Below are positions 37,227 to 46,769 of a stretch of DNA of 64,000 bases, piece after piece (positions within the stretch are counted from its first letter, which is position 1; each line of letters starts with the position of its first letter). The notes below the pieces were generated by a model. It searched no databases. It was not told where the DNA came from and was given only the letters and a program-made list of their open reading frames with translations. The stretch comes from an uncultured Planctomycetia bacterium. Lineage in GTDB: Bacteria; Omnitrophota; Gorgyraeia; Pluralincolimonadales; Pluralincolimonadaceae. The translations under genes were made by a program, and so were the position numbers. Location: contig CAZYUB010000004.1 in assembly GCA_964650515.1 (NCBI GenBank), positions 69,541 through 133,540 on the forward strand. Direction: 5' to 3'.

Positions 37227-38530
37227 ATATCCTTCTCGCCCTCGACTTCTATCGGGCGGATACGCGTCACGCTGAAGAACAGGTCTAAACTTTTTATCCT
37301 CTCGACCCTCCTGACTTCCTTTATGCGCGGCAGGATCGACATCGAGAATATCGCGCGAAGCAGGCCCGAGAGCGCGAAGAGCGCCAGCAGCCTGTATCCG
37401 AATAACGGCGGGAGGTTTACCGCGAGGACGCCTCCAAGGAGTGCGCCCGCGCATATTGATGTGCCGTTTATCACGTTAAGGTACGCGACACACCTTGTCC
37501 GCTTCTCGGGCATGACCGCATCGTAGACGAAATTGAAGACCGAGAGGTTGTATCCTGCCCAGACAAACCCCGCGAAGACCTGAATTATGATAAGGTACGC
37601 GACGTTATGGCCGAAGAGCCACAGCAACGGGACGATCGGAATGAAGAACGACGTAAGCCGTATTATCTTCATGTTCCCGACGACGTCCGCGTGCCTGCCC
37701 CAGATGCCCATTGTCAGCAGGGTCGCTATCGTGGGGCTTATCGCGATCACGGTATAGGTCGCGTAACTTAGGTTCAGGTCCCTGAGCATATAGACCGCGA
37801 AGAACGGGCCGGATAGGTTGACCGCGAAACTTATGCTCGCGACATAGAAGACGAACTTCGCGAAATTCGATTCCCTGACCCGCCTTACGAAATCCCAGAA
37901 AGAGAAGTAGTGCTCCCCGGTCACTTTTATCGGCGGCTCGTACATCTTCTTCAGGAAGTACCACGACGTGAACCTTGCCGCGAACGCGAGGCCGAGTATC
38001 ACCATGAAACCGGTCAGCCTGTCCTTGCCGAAGATGTTGAGTATGAAACCGGCAAGGAACGCGCAGGTTATCGTTATTACACCGAGCAGCCTGTTGCGCC
38101 ATCCGAAATATCTGCCCCTGCTGCGCCGGGGTATATGGTCCGACATGAGGCTCGTCCACGCCGGGCCGGGAAACGCGTTGAACGACGCGGCCAACGTGAC
38201 GAATATGATGAGCCAGAAGACCTTGTTATCCCTGAATACCAGCGGTATCAGCGCGATCGGCAGGAACATCAGCGCGTGGAAGAAGACAAAGATCGTTATT
38301 ATCTTTATGCGGCTTTTCAGGCGCTCGGTCACATCGGCGGATTTCAACTGTATAAGCGACGCGATGAGGTTAGGGAAGGCGGTCAGCATGCCTATCTGGC
38401 CGGTCGTGGCGTTTAAGGCGACCGCGAACGGTGTTATGTACTGTTCCGTGAACCCTATGAACGCCGAACAGAACACGCCGTCTATGAACGAATTCTTCAG
38501 GCTCTGCCGTATCTTTCCTTTTTTATCCAT
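37223..38530 (-). CDS. MFS transporter
   Basis: 12 predicted TM helices. Start chosen at Met 23 (MDKKGK), which leaves a 66-nt divergent intergenic region before rlmI. Confidence 0.75.
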   Translation of the reverse strand: MDKKGKIRQSLKNSFIDGVFCSAFIGFTEQYITPFAVALNATTGQIGMLTAFPNLIASLIQLKSADVTERLKSRIKIITIFVFFHALMFLPIALIPLVFRDNKVFWLIIFVTLAASFNAFPGPAWTSLMSDHIPRRSRGRYFGWRNRLLGVITITCAFLAGFILNIFGKDRLTGFMVILGLAFAARFTSWYFLKKMYEPPIKVTGEHYFSFWDFVRRVRESNFAKFVFYVASISFAVNLSGPFFAVYMLRDLNLSYATYTVIAISPTIATLLTMGIWGRHADVVGNMKIIRLTSFFIPIVPLLWLFGHNVAYLIIIQVFAGFVWAGYNLSVFNFVYDAVMPEKRTRCVAYLNVINGTSICAGALLGGVLAVNLPPLFGYRLLALFALSGLLRAIFSMSILPRIKEVRRVERIKSLDLFFSVTRIRPIEVEGEKDI

Positions 38531-38596
38531 AACGCCGTTATTATAGCATAACCCGCCGGCATTGACATATCCCCGATGCGCTGTTAGAATCGGCAT

Positions 38597-39763
38597 ATGG
38601 ATAACGCCTCAGTCAAGCTTACCAAGAAGGGGACAGCCTGGAACAGGACCGGGCACCCGTGGGTCTACATCGACGACATCGAGAGATGCGACCCGTCGAT
38701 TTCGGGAGGCATAGTGGCTGTCGAGGATAACCGCGGTAAATTCCTCGGCAAGGCATTCTTCAACGGGAAGTCGAAGATCGCGCTGCGCCTTATTACGGAC
38801 GAGGATATCCCCGTCGACGCCGAGTTCTGGCGTAAGAGGATCTCTGAAAGCATTGAGGCCAGAAGCGGCATAACGGACGCGGATGCCTACCGGCTGGTTC
38901 ACTCCGAAGCCGACGGCCTGCCGTCGCTCATAGTCGACAGCTACGCGGGCCACCTGTCGATACAGACGCTCTGTCTCGGTATGGACAGGATCAAGCGCGA
39001 AATAACGGATGCGCTCGTAGAACTGCTGAAGCCGAAGTCGATAATAGAGCGCAATGACTCCGCGACACGCAAGCTCGAAGGAATGGAAGAATCGAAAGGG
39101 GCGCTCTGCGGGGAAACGCCCGCCGCGGGCATCGAGGTCCGCGAGGGGAAGATAAGATATACCGTGGATATAATGAACGGGCAGAAGACGGGCGCATACC
39201 TCGACCAGAGGGAGAACCACATAGCAGTCGAAAAATATTCGAGGGGGTCCGTCCTCGATTGTTTCTCGTACCAGGGGCTCTTCTCGCTCCACGCGGCGCT
39301 CGGCGCCGCTGATGTCACGGCGGTCGACTCGTCGGGACAGGCCCTCGGGAAGTTGAAGGAGAACGCGGCCCTCAACGGTATCGGGAATATCGCGGCAAAG
39401 GAAGGGAAAGTGCCCGAAACGCTCAGGGCTTACCAGGCCGAGGGCAGGCAGTTCGACCTTATAATCCTCGACCCTCCCGCGTACGCTAAATCAAAGAAGG
39501 ACCTGCAGGCCGCCGCGCGCGGTTATATAGATATAAATTTCAGGGCGATGAAACTGCTGAAGAAGGGCGGGCACCTTATTACATGCTCGTGCTCGTACAA
39601 CCTGTCGGAAGGCCAGTTCATGGATATCATCGACGAGTCCCTCTGGGAATCGCGCAGGCGGGCGAAGCTCGTGGAAAAGCGCATACAGCCCCGCGACCAT
39701 CCGATACTGTTGAACTTTCCCGAATCGAACTACCTGAAGTGCTTTGTCCTTGAGATGCTATAG
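38597..39763 (+). CDS. rlmI: 23S rRNA m5C methyltransferase RlmI-like (PUA plus class I SAM MTase)
   Basis: N-terminal PUA-like region and the SAM motif region (VLDCFSYQG...DPPAYAKSK). Confidence 0.75.
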   Translation: MDNASVKLTKKGTAWNRTGHPWVYIDDIERCDPSISGGIVAVEDNRGKFLGKAFFNGKSKIALRLITDEDIPVDAEFWRKRISESIEARSGITDADAYRLVHSEADGLPSLIVDSYAGHLSIQTLCLGMDRIKREITDALVELLKPKSIIERNDSATRKLEGMEESKGALCGETPAAGIEVREGKIRYTVDIMNGQKTGAYLDQRENHIAVEKYSRGSVLDCFSYQGLFSLHAALGAADVTAVDSSGQALGKLKENAALNGIGNIAAKEGKVPETLRAYQAEGRQFDLIILDPPAYAKSKKDLQAAARGYIDINFRAMKLLKKGGHLITCSCSYNLSEGQFMDIIDESLWESRRRAKLVEKRIQPRDHPILLNFPESNYLKCFVLEML

Positions 39764-39771
39764 ATGCTATA

Positions 39772-40432
39772 GGGACGGTTCTTGAGCCAATCGGGGAAGT
39801 GTCCCCGCAGGGCCTCCCTGAAGGGCCGCCTTATAGGAAATTCGGTAAATCCAGAAGCCCATTTTCAGTGCCAACAATTCTCTCTTTATAACTACTCCAC
39901 GGGTAATGCAGGGGATTATTGACTATTTTTGCCCTGACAGGATTGGCCTCTATGTAGTTAATGCAGCCGATAAGATATTCATCTTTCTGGATAACCATGC
40001 TCTTGAAGCGGTCTTGCCAAAGATGGCCGACTTTGCCATATTTTGCATTAAACCATATGGAATATGACAGGCTGATACCATGTGCTGTCTTTGACAGTTC
40101 AGAAGGTTCTTTAGGGTCTATGATCATGTGGATGTGGTTGCTCATAAGGCAGTAACCATAGAGTTTAAAACGGTATTTGTTTTTATACTTCTTAAGCAAT
40201 TGCAAGTATTTTTCATGATCATGCACATCGAAGAAAACATCTTGTTTTTGGTTTCCTCTTGCTATAATATGATAACAAGAGTTGTCTAAAATGATTCTAG
40301 CGACTCTGGGCATTTTATTACTCCTTTGTGTAGTAGACGCTGGAAGGTGGAATATTCTTTCATAAATTTATTGGGATGGCAAAGGGGACGTCCCCTGGGG
40401 GACAGTTCCCCGATTGGCTTAAGAACCGTCCC
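39772..40432. mobile_element. IS200/IS605-like or REP-RAYT unit: HUH Y1 transposase gene flanked by about 35-bp imperfect inverted repeats
   Basis: Left end is GGGACGGTTCTTGAGCCAATCGGGGAAGTGTCCCC. Right end is GGGGACAGTTCCCCGATTGGCTTAAGAACCGTCCC, the reverse complement with 3 mismatches. Each end contains a GGGGA-n4-TCCCC hairpin. The interior is markedly AT-richer than the flanks. Confidence 0.75.
39831..40313 (-). CDS. HUH-type Y1 transposase (IS200-like / REP-associated tyrosine transposase)
   Basis: SNHIHMII carries the HuH motif, followed by a Y-containing C-terminal helix (HYPWSSYK). Length is 160 aa. RAYT-family consensus (CYHIIARGN...LYGYCLM). Confidence 0.8.
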   Translation of the reverse strand: MPRVARIILDNSCYHIIARGNQKQDVFFDVHDHEKYLQLLKKYKNKYRFKLYGYCLMSNHIHMIIDPKEPSELSKTAHGISLSYSIWFNAKYGKVGHLWQDRFKSMVIQKDEYLIGCINYIEANPVRAKIVNNPLHYPWSSYKERIVGTENGLLDLPNFL

Positions 40433-40448
40433 TAACCGAAGGAGTGGT

Positions 40449-40964
40449 ATGAAAGCAGCGAAGATATATTCGATCATCTTCATACCGCCGCTCGCGCAGT
40501 ATGTTGTGACGCTAGAGGAGGCGGATGGCTCGAGGCTGCTGCCTATATGGGTCGGCATAAGCGAGGGGGCCGCGATCGCGATGGCCCTCGAAGGGCAGAA
40601 GTTCGTGCGGCCACTTACCCATGACCTCGCGGTCAGCCTCGTCAGGTCGCTCGGGGGTTCAATAGAGAAGATCGTGATATCGGACCTGCGCGATAACGCG
40701 TATTACGCGAAGATAACCGTCAGGCAGGACGACAAGGCGCTGGAGATAGATTCGCGCCCCTCCGACGCGATGGCGCTCGCGGTCAGGACGAGCTCACCGA
40801 TCTTCATCGAGGAGAAGGTCCTCGAGGCCTGTCCCGTCATAAACAAGCCGATAACCGCCGACGAGGTCAAGGCCTTCGAAAAAGAGATAGAGAACCTGCA
40901 CCCCGAAGAGTTCTTCAAGAGGCTCGATGAGGAGGGCGGGAAGACGAAGGGCGGATTGGAATGA
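40449..40964 (+). CDS. Bifunctional nuclease (BFN/DUF151) domain protein
   Basis: The LPIWVGISEGAAIAMALEG...RPLTHDL core is typical of DUF151. Start at Met 42 with an AAGGAG RBS; the longer ORF would run into the IS inverted repeat. Confidence 0.7.
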   Translation: MKAAKIYSIIFIPPLAQYVVTLEEADGSRLLPIWVGISEGAAIAMALEGQKFVRPLTHDLAVSLVRSLGGSIEKIVISDLRDNAYYAKITVRQDDKALEIDSRPSDAMALAVRTSSPIFIEEKVLEACPVINKPITADEVKAFEKEIENLHPEEFFKRLDEEGGKTKGGLE

Positions 40965-40965
40965 T

Positions 40966-42975
40966 ATGGCTGTCGTAAAAGACGCGTTGAAGGAGACACC
41001 GCAGAAGACGGAAGATGCCATCCGTTTCGGCAAGGATGTCTGCGGAGATTTCCAGGCCGCCGTCTCGAAGGAGTGGATCGAGACGAACGGCCTCGGCGGG
41101 TACGCGTCTTCGACGATAATCGGGACGAATACCCGCAGGTACCACGGGCTGCTCGTCGCTTCGGCGAAACCCTCTCTCTCGCGCATGGTCATGCTCTCGA
41201 AGCTGGAGGAGACGCTTGTCTTAAAGGACGGCAGCCGCTATAACCTGTCGTGCAACAAGTACCCGGGGATAGTGCATCCCGAGGGGCACAGGTACCTCGA
41301 CGAATTCCGCCTCGACCCGTTCCCGGTATTCACTTACAGGGCCGGCGACGTGACGGTCGAGAAGGCGGTCTTCATGGTCCGCGGCGAGAACACGACCGTC
41401 ATCACTTACAAGATACTGAAGTCCCCCGGCTACCTCGAACTGCTGGTAAGGCCCCTCATCGCCGCGCGCGACTACCACTGGCTCTCGATCGAGAATTCAA
41501 GCTTCAACAAGGGCGTCGATTGCCTCGAGGGCTACATCAGGATGAAACCCTATAACGAGTCCCCGATGATATATCTCGCGAATAACGCGGACCGTTTCGA
41601 GCATTCCGGTTACTGGTACAAGTCCTTCGAGTATAACCGCGAGAAGGAGAGGGGGCTCGAATACCGCGAGGACCTCTACAGCCCGGGGGAACTCGGTTTC
41701 CTCGTGAGAGAGGGCGACAAGGCGTATATAGTCGCCTCGACCGAAGGCCGCAAGATGCGCTCCGTCGAGGTGCTCGAATCGAGCGAGGTCCTGCGCCATA
41801 ACGAGATAGCCGAGGCGGTAGGCCTGCAGGACAGCGTAGCGGTCCGGCTCGCGGACAGCGCCGACTCGTTCTTCATAAAGAGGGCCGACGGGCTTTCGAC
41901 CGTGGCCGCGGGATACCACTGGTTCTGGGACTGGGGAAGGGACGCGCTGATATCGCTGCCGGGGCTAACGCTTACTCTCGGAAGGTACGACGAGGCGAGG
42001 GAGATCCTGCTGACATTCGCGAAGTTCTGCGACGAGGGAATGATCCCGAACAGGTTCCCGGAAAAATCCAGGGAGCCCGAATACAACAGCGTCGATTCCT
42101 CGCTCTGGTATTTCTGGGCCGTGCATAAGTTCCTCGAATACACGAACGACTACGATTTCGTCGAGTCGAACTTGCTCGACTGCCTCGAGGAGATAATCAA
42201 ATATTACATAAACGGCACGCGGTACGGCATAAAGATGGACCGCGACGGCCTGGTCTCTACATCGGACCCGGACATTCAGCTGACCTGGATGGACGCGAAG
42301 ATAGGCGGATGGGTAGTGACCCCGCGCAACGGCAAGGCGGTGGAGGTCAATGCGCTCTGGTATAATTCGCTGAGGATAATGGAGGACATATGCGAGAAGC
42401 TGAACCTCCGGTACAGGCATGAATGCGCGAGGCTCGCGAACCTCGCGAAGAAGAGCTTCGAGCTGGTCTTCTGGAGCGAGTCCGGCGGGCACCTGTATGA
42501 CTGCGTCAGCGACGAGGGCGTCGACAGGACGCTGAGGCCGAACCAGATATTCGCGCTTAGCCTGCCGTACAGGATCATAAGCAAGGAGAGGGAGAAGAAG
42601 GTGCTCGATATCGTAGGCAAGGAACTTCTTACGCCTTACGGCCTGCGCTCGCTCTCGCCGAACGACAGGAATTACAGGGGCGTCTATTCCGGAGACCAGC
42701 GGATGAGGGACGCGTGCTACCACCAGGGGACCGTATGGCCGTGGTTGCTCGCGCATTTCATATCCGCCTACCTTAACGTTTACGGCAGGAACGCCAAGAC
42801 GAGGCAGGAGGCGAGGAGGTTCCTGACACCGCTTTTCGAGCATTTGAAGGACGCCGGGCTCGGGACGATATCCGAGATATTCGACGGGGACCCGCCGTAT
42901 AATCCCAAGGGCGCGATATCACAGGCATGGAGCGTGGCGGAGATATTGAGGATATATAAGGAAGAACTGCAATGA
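40966..42975 (+). CDS. Glycogen debranching enzyme (archaeal-type amylo-alpha-1,6-glucosidase, GDE_C family)
   Basis: GYHWFWDWGRDALISLPGL, the (alpha/alpha)6 catalytic domain, and the N-terminal GDE_N-like beta-sandwich. Confidence 0.8.
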   Translation: MAVVKDALKETPQKTEDAIRFGKDVCGDFQAAVSKEWIETNGLGGYASSTIIGTNTRRYHGLLVASAKPSLSRMVMLSKLEETLVLKDGSRYNLSCNKYPGIVHPEGHRYLDEFRLDPFPVFTYRAGDVTVEKAVFMVRGENTTVITYKILKSPGYLELLVRPLIAARDYHWLSIENSSFNKGVDCLEGYIRMKPYNESPMIYLANNADRFEHSGYWYKSFEYNREKERGLEYREDLYSPGELGFLVREGDKAYIVASTEGRKMRSVEVLESSEVLRHNEIAEAVGLQDSVAVRLADSADSFFIKRADGLSTVAAGYHWFWDWGRDALISLPGLTLTLGRYDEAREILLTFAKFCDEGMIPNRFPEKSREPEYNSVDSSLWYFWAVHKFLEYTNDYDFVESNLLDCLEEIIKYYINGTRYGIKMDRDGLVSTSDPDIQLTWMDAKIGGWVVTPRNGKAVEVNALWYNSLRIMEDICEKLNLRYRHECARLANLAKKSFELVFWSESGGHLYDCVSDEGVDRTLRPNQIFALSLPYRIISKEREKKVLDIVGKELLTPYGLRSLSPNDRNYRGVYSGDQRMRDACYHQGTVWPWLLAHFISAYLNVYGRNAKTRQEARRFLTPLFEHLKDAGLGTISEIFDGDPPYNPKGAISQAWSVAEILRIYKEELQ

Positions 42976-44177
42976 CCGACAAAAAGGTTAAACCCGGCAT
43001 AAATCCCACAGATTTCGGTTTCTCGATCGTCAAGCTCGCTGCCGCGACCGGCGCGCTTATATGGGGCATATACCATCCGTTCTCCGATCACGACAGGGTG
43101 GTTTTCCTGTGGCTTATAGCGGCTTTCTTCGCCTATAACTTCGCGATATACCTGTCTATATTCAGGTTGCCGGACAGGGCGTCCAAGATATACCTGATCG
43201 AATTCTTCTGCGACCTCACGTTCCTTGCGATCATAGTGCCGATGACCGGGGGCATGAATTCCACATTCACCCTCGGTTATTTCCTGATAGCGGCCGCGCA
43301 GTCGTTCTATTACGGCCTTGCGGGCAGCCTATGGATCGCGCTGGTATCGGTCGTGACGTACATATTATCGTGCCCGCATTGCCTGTACGCCATGCATTGG
43401 ACCGACCTCTCGCTCAGGGCCGGGTTCCTGGCCCTGTTCGCGGTCATGATGGGTTACCTTTCGGACAGGGAACGCCGCATGCACCGCCAGCTCGTGAACG
43501 CCGAACAGCTCGCGGCGATGGGGATGATGTCCGCGCAGCTCGCGCATTCCGTCAGGAACCCGCTGAGCACCATAAGCTTGAGCGCAGAACTCCTAGAGGA
43601 TGAGATAAAGAAATGCGCCGGGAAAGATACCGAGGAAGCGAATACGTTAGTGAAGTCGATAATAAACGAGGTTTACAGGATAAACGACGTCATAGAGGAC
43701 CACCTGAATTTCATGAGGCGCTCCAAGACGGGGCAGAAGAGGTCGAATGTCAACGCCGTAGTGGAATCGTTGATCAGGTTCCTCGAGAAGGAGGGCCAGC
43801 GCAAGGGCATCTCCTTCAGGAGGTCGTTTGATGAAAACCTGCCGGACGCGGCCATCGAGGAGAGCAGGCTGCGCCAGGTGCTGCTGAACATAGTAAGGAA
43901 CTCGTTCGAGGCGATGCCGGAAGGCGGCTCAATCGAGATAAATACGGGACGGCAGAAGAACGAGGTCGAGATATCGGTCGGAGACAACGGGCCCGGCATC
44001 CCGAGGGAATACCAGAAGAGGATATTCGAGCCGTTCTTCACGACAAAGGATATAGGCACCGGGCTCGGGCTCTACATAGCTAGGGACATAATACTCGAAA
44101 GCGGCGGCGGGATATCCTGCGACAGCAGGAAGGACAAGGGGACGACGATAAAATTGAGGCTGCCTTTCGCGGCCTGA
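42972..44177 (+). CDS. Membrane-embedded sensor histidine kinase
   Basis: Six TM helices, a HisKA H-box (AHSVRNPLSTI) and HATPase N/G boxes (NGPGIP, GTGLGLYIAR). Confidence 0.8.
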   Translation: MTDKKVKPGINPTDFGFSIVKLAAATGALIWGIYHPFSDHDRVVFLWLIAAFFAYNFAIYLSIFRLPDRASKIYLIEFFCDLTFLAIIVPMTGGMNSTFTLGYFLIAAAQSFYYGLAGSLWIALVSVVTYILSCPHCLYAMHWTDLSLRAGFLALFAVMMGYLSDRERRMHRQLVNAEQLAAMGMMSAQLAHSVRNPLSTISLSAELLEDEIKKCAGKDTEEANTLVKSIINEVYRINDVIEDHLNFMRRSKTGQKRSNVNAVVESLIRFLEKEGQRKGISFRRSFDENLPDAAIEESRLRQVLLNIVRNSFEAMPEGGSIEINTGRQKNEVEISVGDNGPGIPREYQKRIFEPFFTTKDIGTGLGLYIARDIILESGGGISCDSRKDKGTTIKLRLPFAA

Positions 44178-44190
44178 AAGGGAGGAAGAG

Positions 44191-44547
44191 ATGGCCAGGA
44201 TACTTATAGTCGACGATGATATTGAGTTCGGTATCGCGCTCTCCAAGACGCTTAAAGGGGAGGGGCACGAGACGTCCACCGCGCTGAATACGGCGGACGG
44301 CCTGGAGCGCCTGCGCAAGGACAAGTATGACATAGTATTCGCGGACCTGTCGATGCCGGGGGAGAACGGCCTCGTGCTGCTCGAGAAGTCCAAGAAAGAG
44401 TTCCCCGGGATACCGGTCGTGATGATAACCGCCTTCGGAGACTGGGACATCTACGCGAAAGCCCTCGAAAAGAGCGTATCGAAATTCGTAAATAAGCCGG
44501 TCAAGAAAGAAGAGATAATGCAGATACTTAAGGATGTTTTGGGTTGA
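44191..44547 (+). CDS. Stand-alone response regulator receiver (CheY-like)
   Basis: IVDDD, D (FADLSMPG) and K (KPVK) receiver residues are present. 118 aa with no output domain. Confidence 0.8.
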   Translation: MARILIVDDDIEFGIALSKTLKGEGHETSTALNTADGLERLRKDKYDIVFADLSMPGENGLVLLEKSKKEFPGIPVVMITAFGDWDIYAKALEKSVSKFVNKPVKKEEIMQILKDVLG

Positions 44548-44572
44548 CAAAAAACCGCTTTTAGAATAAAAT
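44544..44572 (+). promoter_or_regulatory. Sigma70-like promoter (TTGACA, 17 nt, TAAAAT) overlapping the REC stop codon
   Basis: Perfect -35 overlapping GGTTGA, with a 17-nt spacer. Drives the ACD-gcv operon. Confidence 0.5.
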
Positions 44573-44648
44573 ACCCCTATCCCACCTTTTCGTTATTGTC
44601 GAGAAGGCTTCGTTAACCCAAAATTAAAAACTTTTTAGGAAGGTCAAT

Positions 44649-46766
44649 ATGAGCAAAAGCGGTCTGGAGAGCCTTTTTAACCCCTCGTCCGTCGCCGTCA
44701 TCGGCGCATCCCCGAAGAAAGGAAAGATCGGCCACGACGTACTTTTCAACCTCAAGGAATACGGCTTCAAGGGGAAGATCTACCCGATAAACCCGAAGGA
44801 CACCGAGGTCATGGGGGAGAAGTGCTACCCGTCGGTACTCGACGTAAAAGGGGATATAGACCTCGCCGTTTTCGCCGTTCCCGCTGCGGCAGTGATAGAG
44901 GTCATGAAAGAATGCGGCAAGAAGGGTATCGGGGCCGCGATAGTCATTACCGCGGGTTTCAAGGAGACCGGGCCGGAAGGAAAGAAGCTCGAGCTCGAAC
45001 TGGCCGCCGTCGCGAAAGAGCATAATATAAGGGTACTCGGCCCCAACTGCCTCGGATTTATAAGCTCCACAGCGAACCTTAACGCTTCGTTCGCCGCCAT
45101 CTCGCCGCTTCCCGGCGATATCGCATTCTTCTCCCAGTCCGGCGCGCTCTGCACCGCGATACTCGACTGGGCCGTAAAAGAAAAGATAGGTTTCTCGAAG
45201 TTCGTAAGCATCGGCAATAAGGCGGACATATCCGAGACCGACCTTTTGAAGTCGCTCGGAGACGACCCCGACACCAAAGTAATACTCGGTTACATAGAGG
45301 ACGTAAAGGACGGCAAGGAATTCATGCGCGTGGCAAGGGAAGTCACGGCCAAGAAACCCGTCATAATCTGCAAGGCCGGCGGCTCCAAAGCGGGCGCGAA
45401 AGCCGCATCGAGCCATACCGGGAGCCTTGCCGGTTCGGACGCCGCGTTCGACGCCGCGTTCGCGCAGACGGGAATAATACGCGCCGAGACGATCGAAGAC
45501 CTCTTCGATTATGCCGTGGCTTTCTCATACCAGAAATTGCCCAAGGGGCCGAACCTGGCCATAATCACGAACGCCGGAGGGCCCGGCATTATCGCGGTAG
45601 ACGCCGTAGAGCGTTCGAAATACGCGAAGGTCGCGTCCCTGAGCAAGGAGACCACCGATTACCTGAGGGGCGCCCTGCCGAAGACCGCTGCGCTTAACAA
45701 TCCCGTGGACGTAATAGGCGACGCCGACGACCAGAGATATAAGATCGCGGTAGGCGCCCTGCTGAAAGACCCCGGCGTGGACGGCCTTATAGTCATATTG
45801 ACCCCGCAGAGCAGCAGCAAGATAAAAGAGACCGCCGATGTGCTCGTCTCGCACAGGGACGGAAAGCCGATATTCTCGAGCTTCATAGGCGGCAAGCTCG
45901 TAGACAAGGGCGTATCGATATTGCAGGACAACAAGATTCCGAATTACCGTTTTCCCGAGAGGGCCATATCGTCCTTCGATATAATGGTAAAGCACAAGAA
46001 CATGACGGACCTGCCCAAGGAATCGGTAAAGTCCTTCCCGGCGGACAAGGCCAGGGTAAAGAAGATAATCGACGAGGCGATAAAAGCGGGACAGAAAGAG
46101 ATACCGGAGTATACGGCAAGGGATATAATCGAGAGCTACGGGTTCAGGATCCCGAAGAGCACGCTCGCTAAAGACGCTCCTGCGGCTGTGGCCGCGGCTG
46201 ATAAGACGGGATATCCCGTCGTCATGAAGATCGCGTCGCCGGACATCCTGCATAAGTCGGATGTCGGCGGCGTAAAGGTAGGGCTCAAGGACGCTTCGCA
46301 AGTCGAGGCGGCGTTCAATGAGATGGTAAAAAAGGCGAAGGCCGCGGTCCCGAACGCGAATATCCTCGGCGTCCTTATCCAGGAGATGGCTGTGGGCGGC
46401 AAGGAGGTCATCCTCGGGATGACGAAAGACCCGCAGTTCGGCCCGATGCTGATGTTCGGCCTCGGAGGCATATACGTTGAAGTGCTCAAAGACGTCGCCT
46501 TCAGGATAGCGCCGATCACGCCCCGCGAAGCCGGGGAGATGATAGATTCGATAAAGTCGGTCGCGCTGCTTAAGGGCGCGCGCGGGGAGAAACCCGCCGA
46601 TATAGATTCGATAAAGGAAGGGCTGCTCAGGCTTTCCCAGATGGTAACGGACTTCCCGATGATAAAGGAACTCGATATTAATCCGCTCAAAGTATTTTCC
46701 GCGGGCGATAAGGGCGGTTCTATAGCGATTGACGCGAGAATAAGCATAGACCTGGATAAAAAATAA
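44649..46766 (+). CDS. Acetate--CoA ligase (ADP-forming), fused alpha/beta (ACD family)
   Basis: CoA-binding N-terminus (VAVIGASPKKGKIGH), a succinyl-CoA-synthetase-like ligase-CoA domain and a C-terminal ATP-grasp. Length is 705 aa. Confidence 0.85.
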   Translation: MSKSGLESLFNPSSVAVIGASPKKGKIGHDVLFNLKEYGFKGKIYPINPKDTEVMGEKCYPSVLDVKGDIDLAVFAVPAAAVIEVMKECGKKGIGAAIVITAGFKETGPEGKKLELELAAVAKEHNIRVLGPNCLGFISSTANLNASFAAISPLPGDIAFFSQSGALCTAILDWAVKEKIGFSKFVSIGNKADISETDLLKSLGDDPDTKVILGYIEDVKDGKEFMRVAREVTAKKPVIICKAGGSKAGAKAASSHTGSLAGSDAAFDAAFAQTGIIRAETIEDLFDYAVAFSYQKLPKGPNLAIITNAGGPGIIAVDAVERSKYAKVASLSKETTDYLRGALPKTAALNNPVDVIGDADDQRYKIAVGALLKDPGVDGLIVILTPQSSSKIKETADVLVSHRDGKPIFSSFIGGKLVDKGVSILQDNKIPNYRFPERAISSFDIMVKHKNMTDLPKESVKSFPADKARVKKIIDEAIKAGQKEIPEYTARDIIESYGFRIPKSTLAKDAPAAVAAADKTGYPVVMKIASPDILHKSDVGGVKVGLKDASQVEAAFNEMVKKAKAAVPNANILGVLIQEMAVGGKEVILGMTKDPQFGPMLMFGLGGIYVEVLKDVAFRIAPITPREAGEMIDSIKSVALLKGARGEKPADIDSIKEGLLRLSQMVTDFPMIKELDINPLKVFSAGDKGGSIAIDARISIDLDKK

Positions 46767-46769
46767 TAC

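Noticed and set aside
40326-40448. Upstream extension of the BFN nuclease ORF (MCSRRWKVEYSF...).
   Set aside because: It would read through the right inverted repeat of the IS200/RAYT element. The internal Met at 40449 has a good AAGGAG RBS and starts the conserved DUF151 core.
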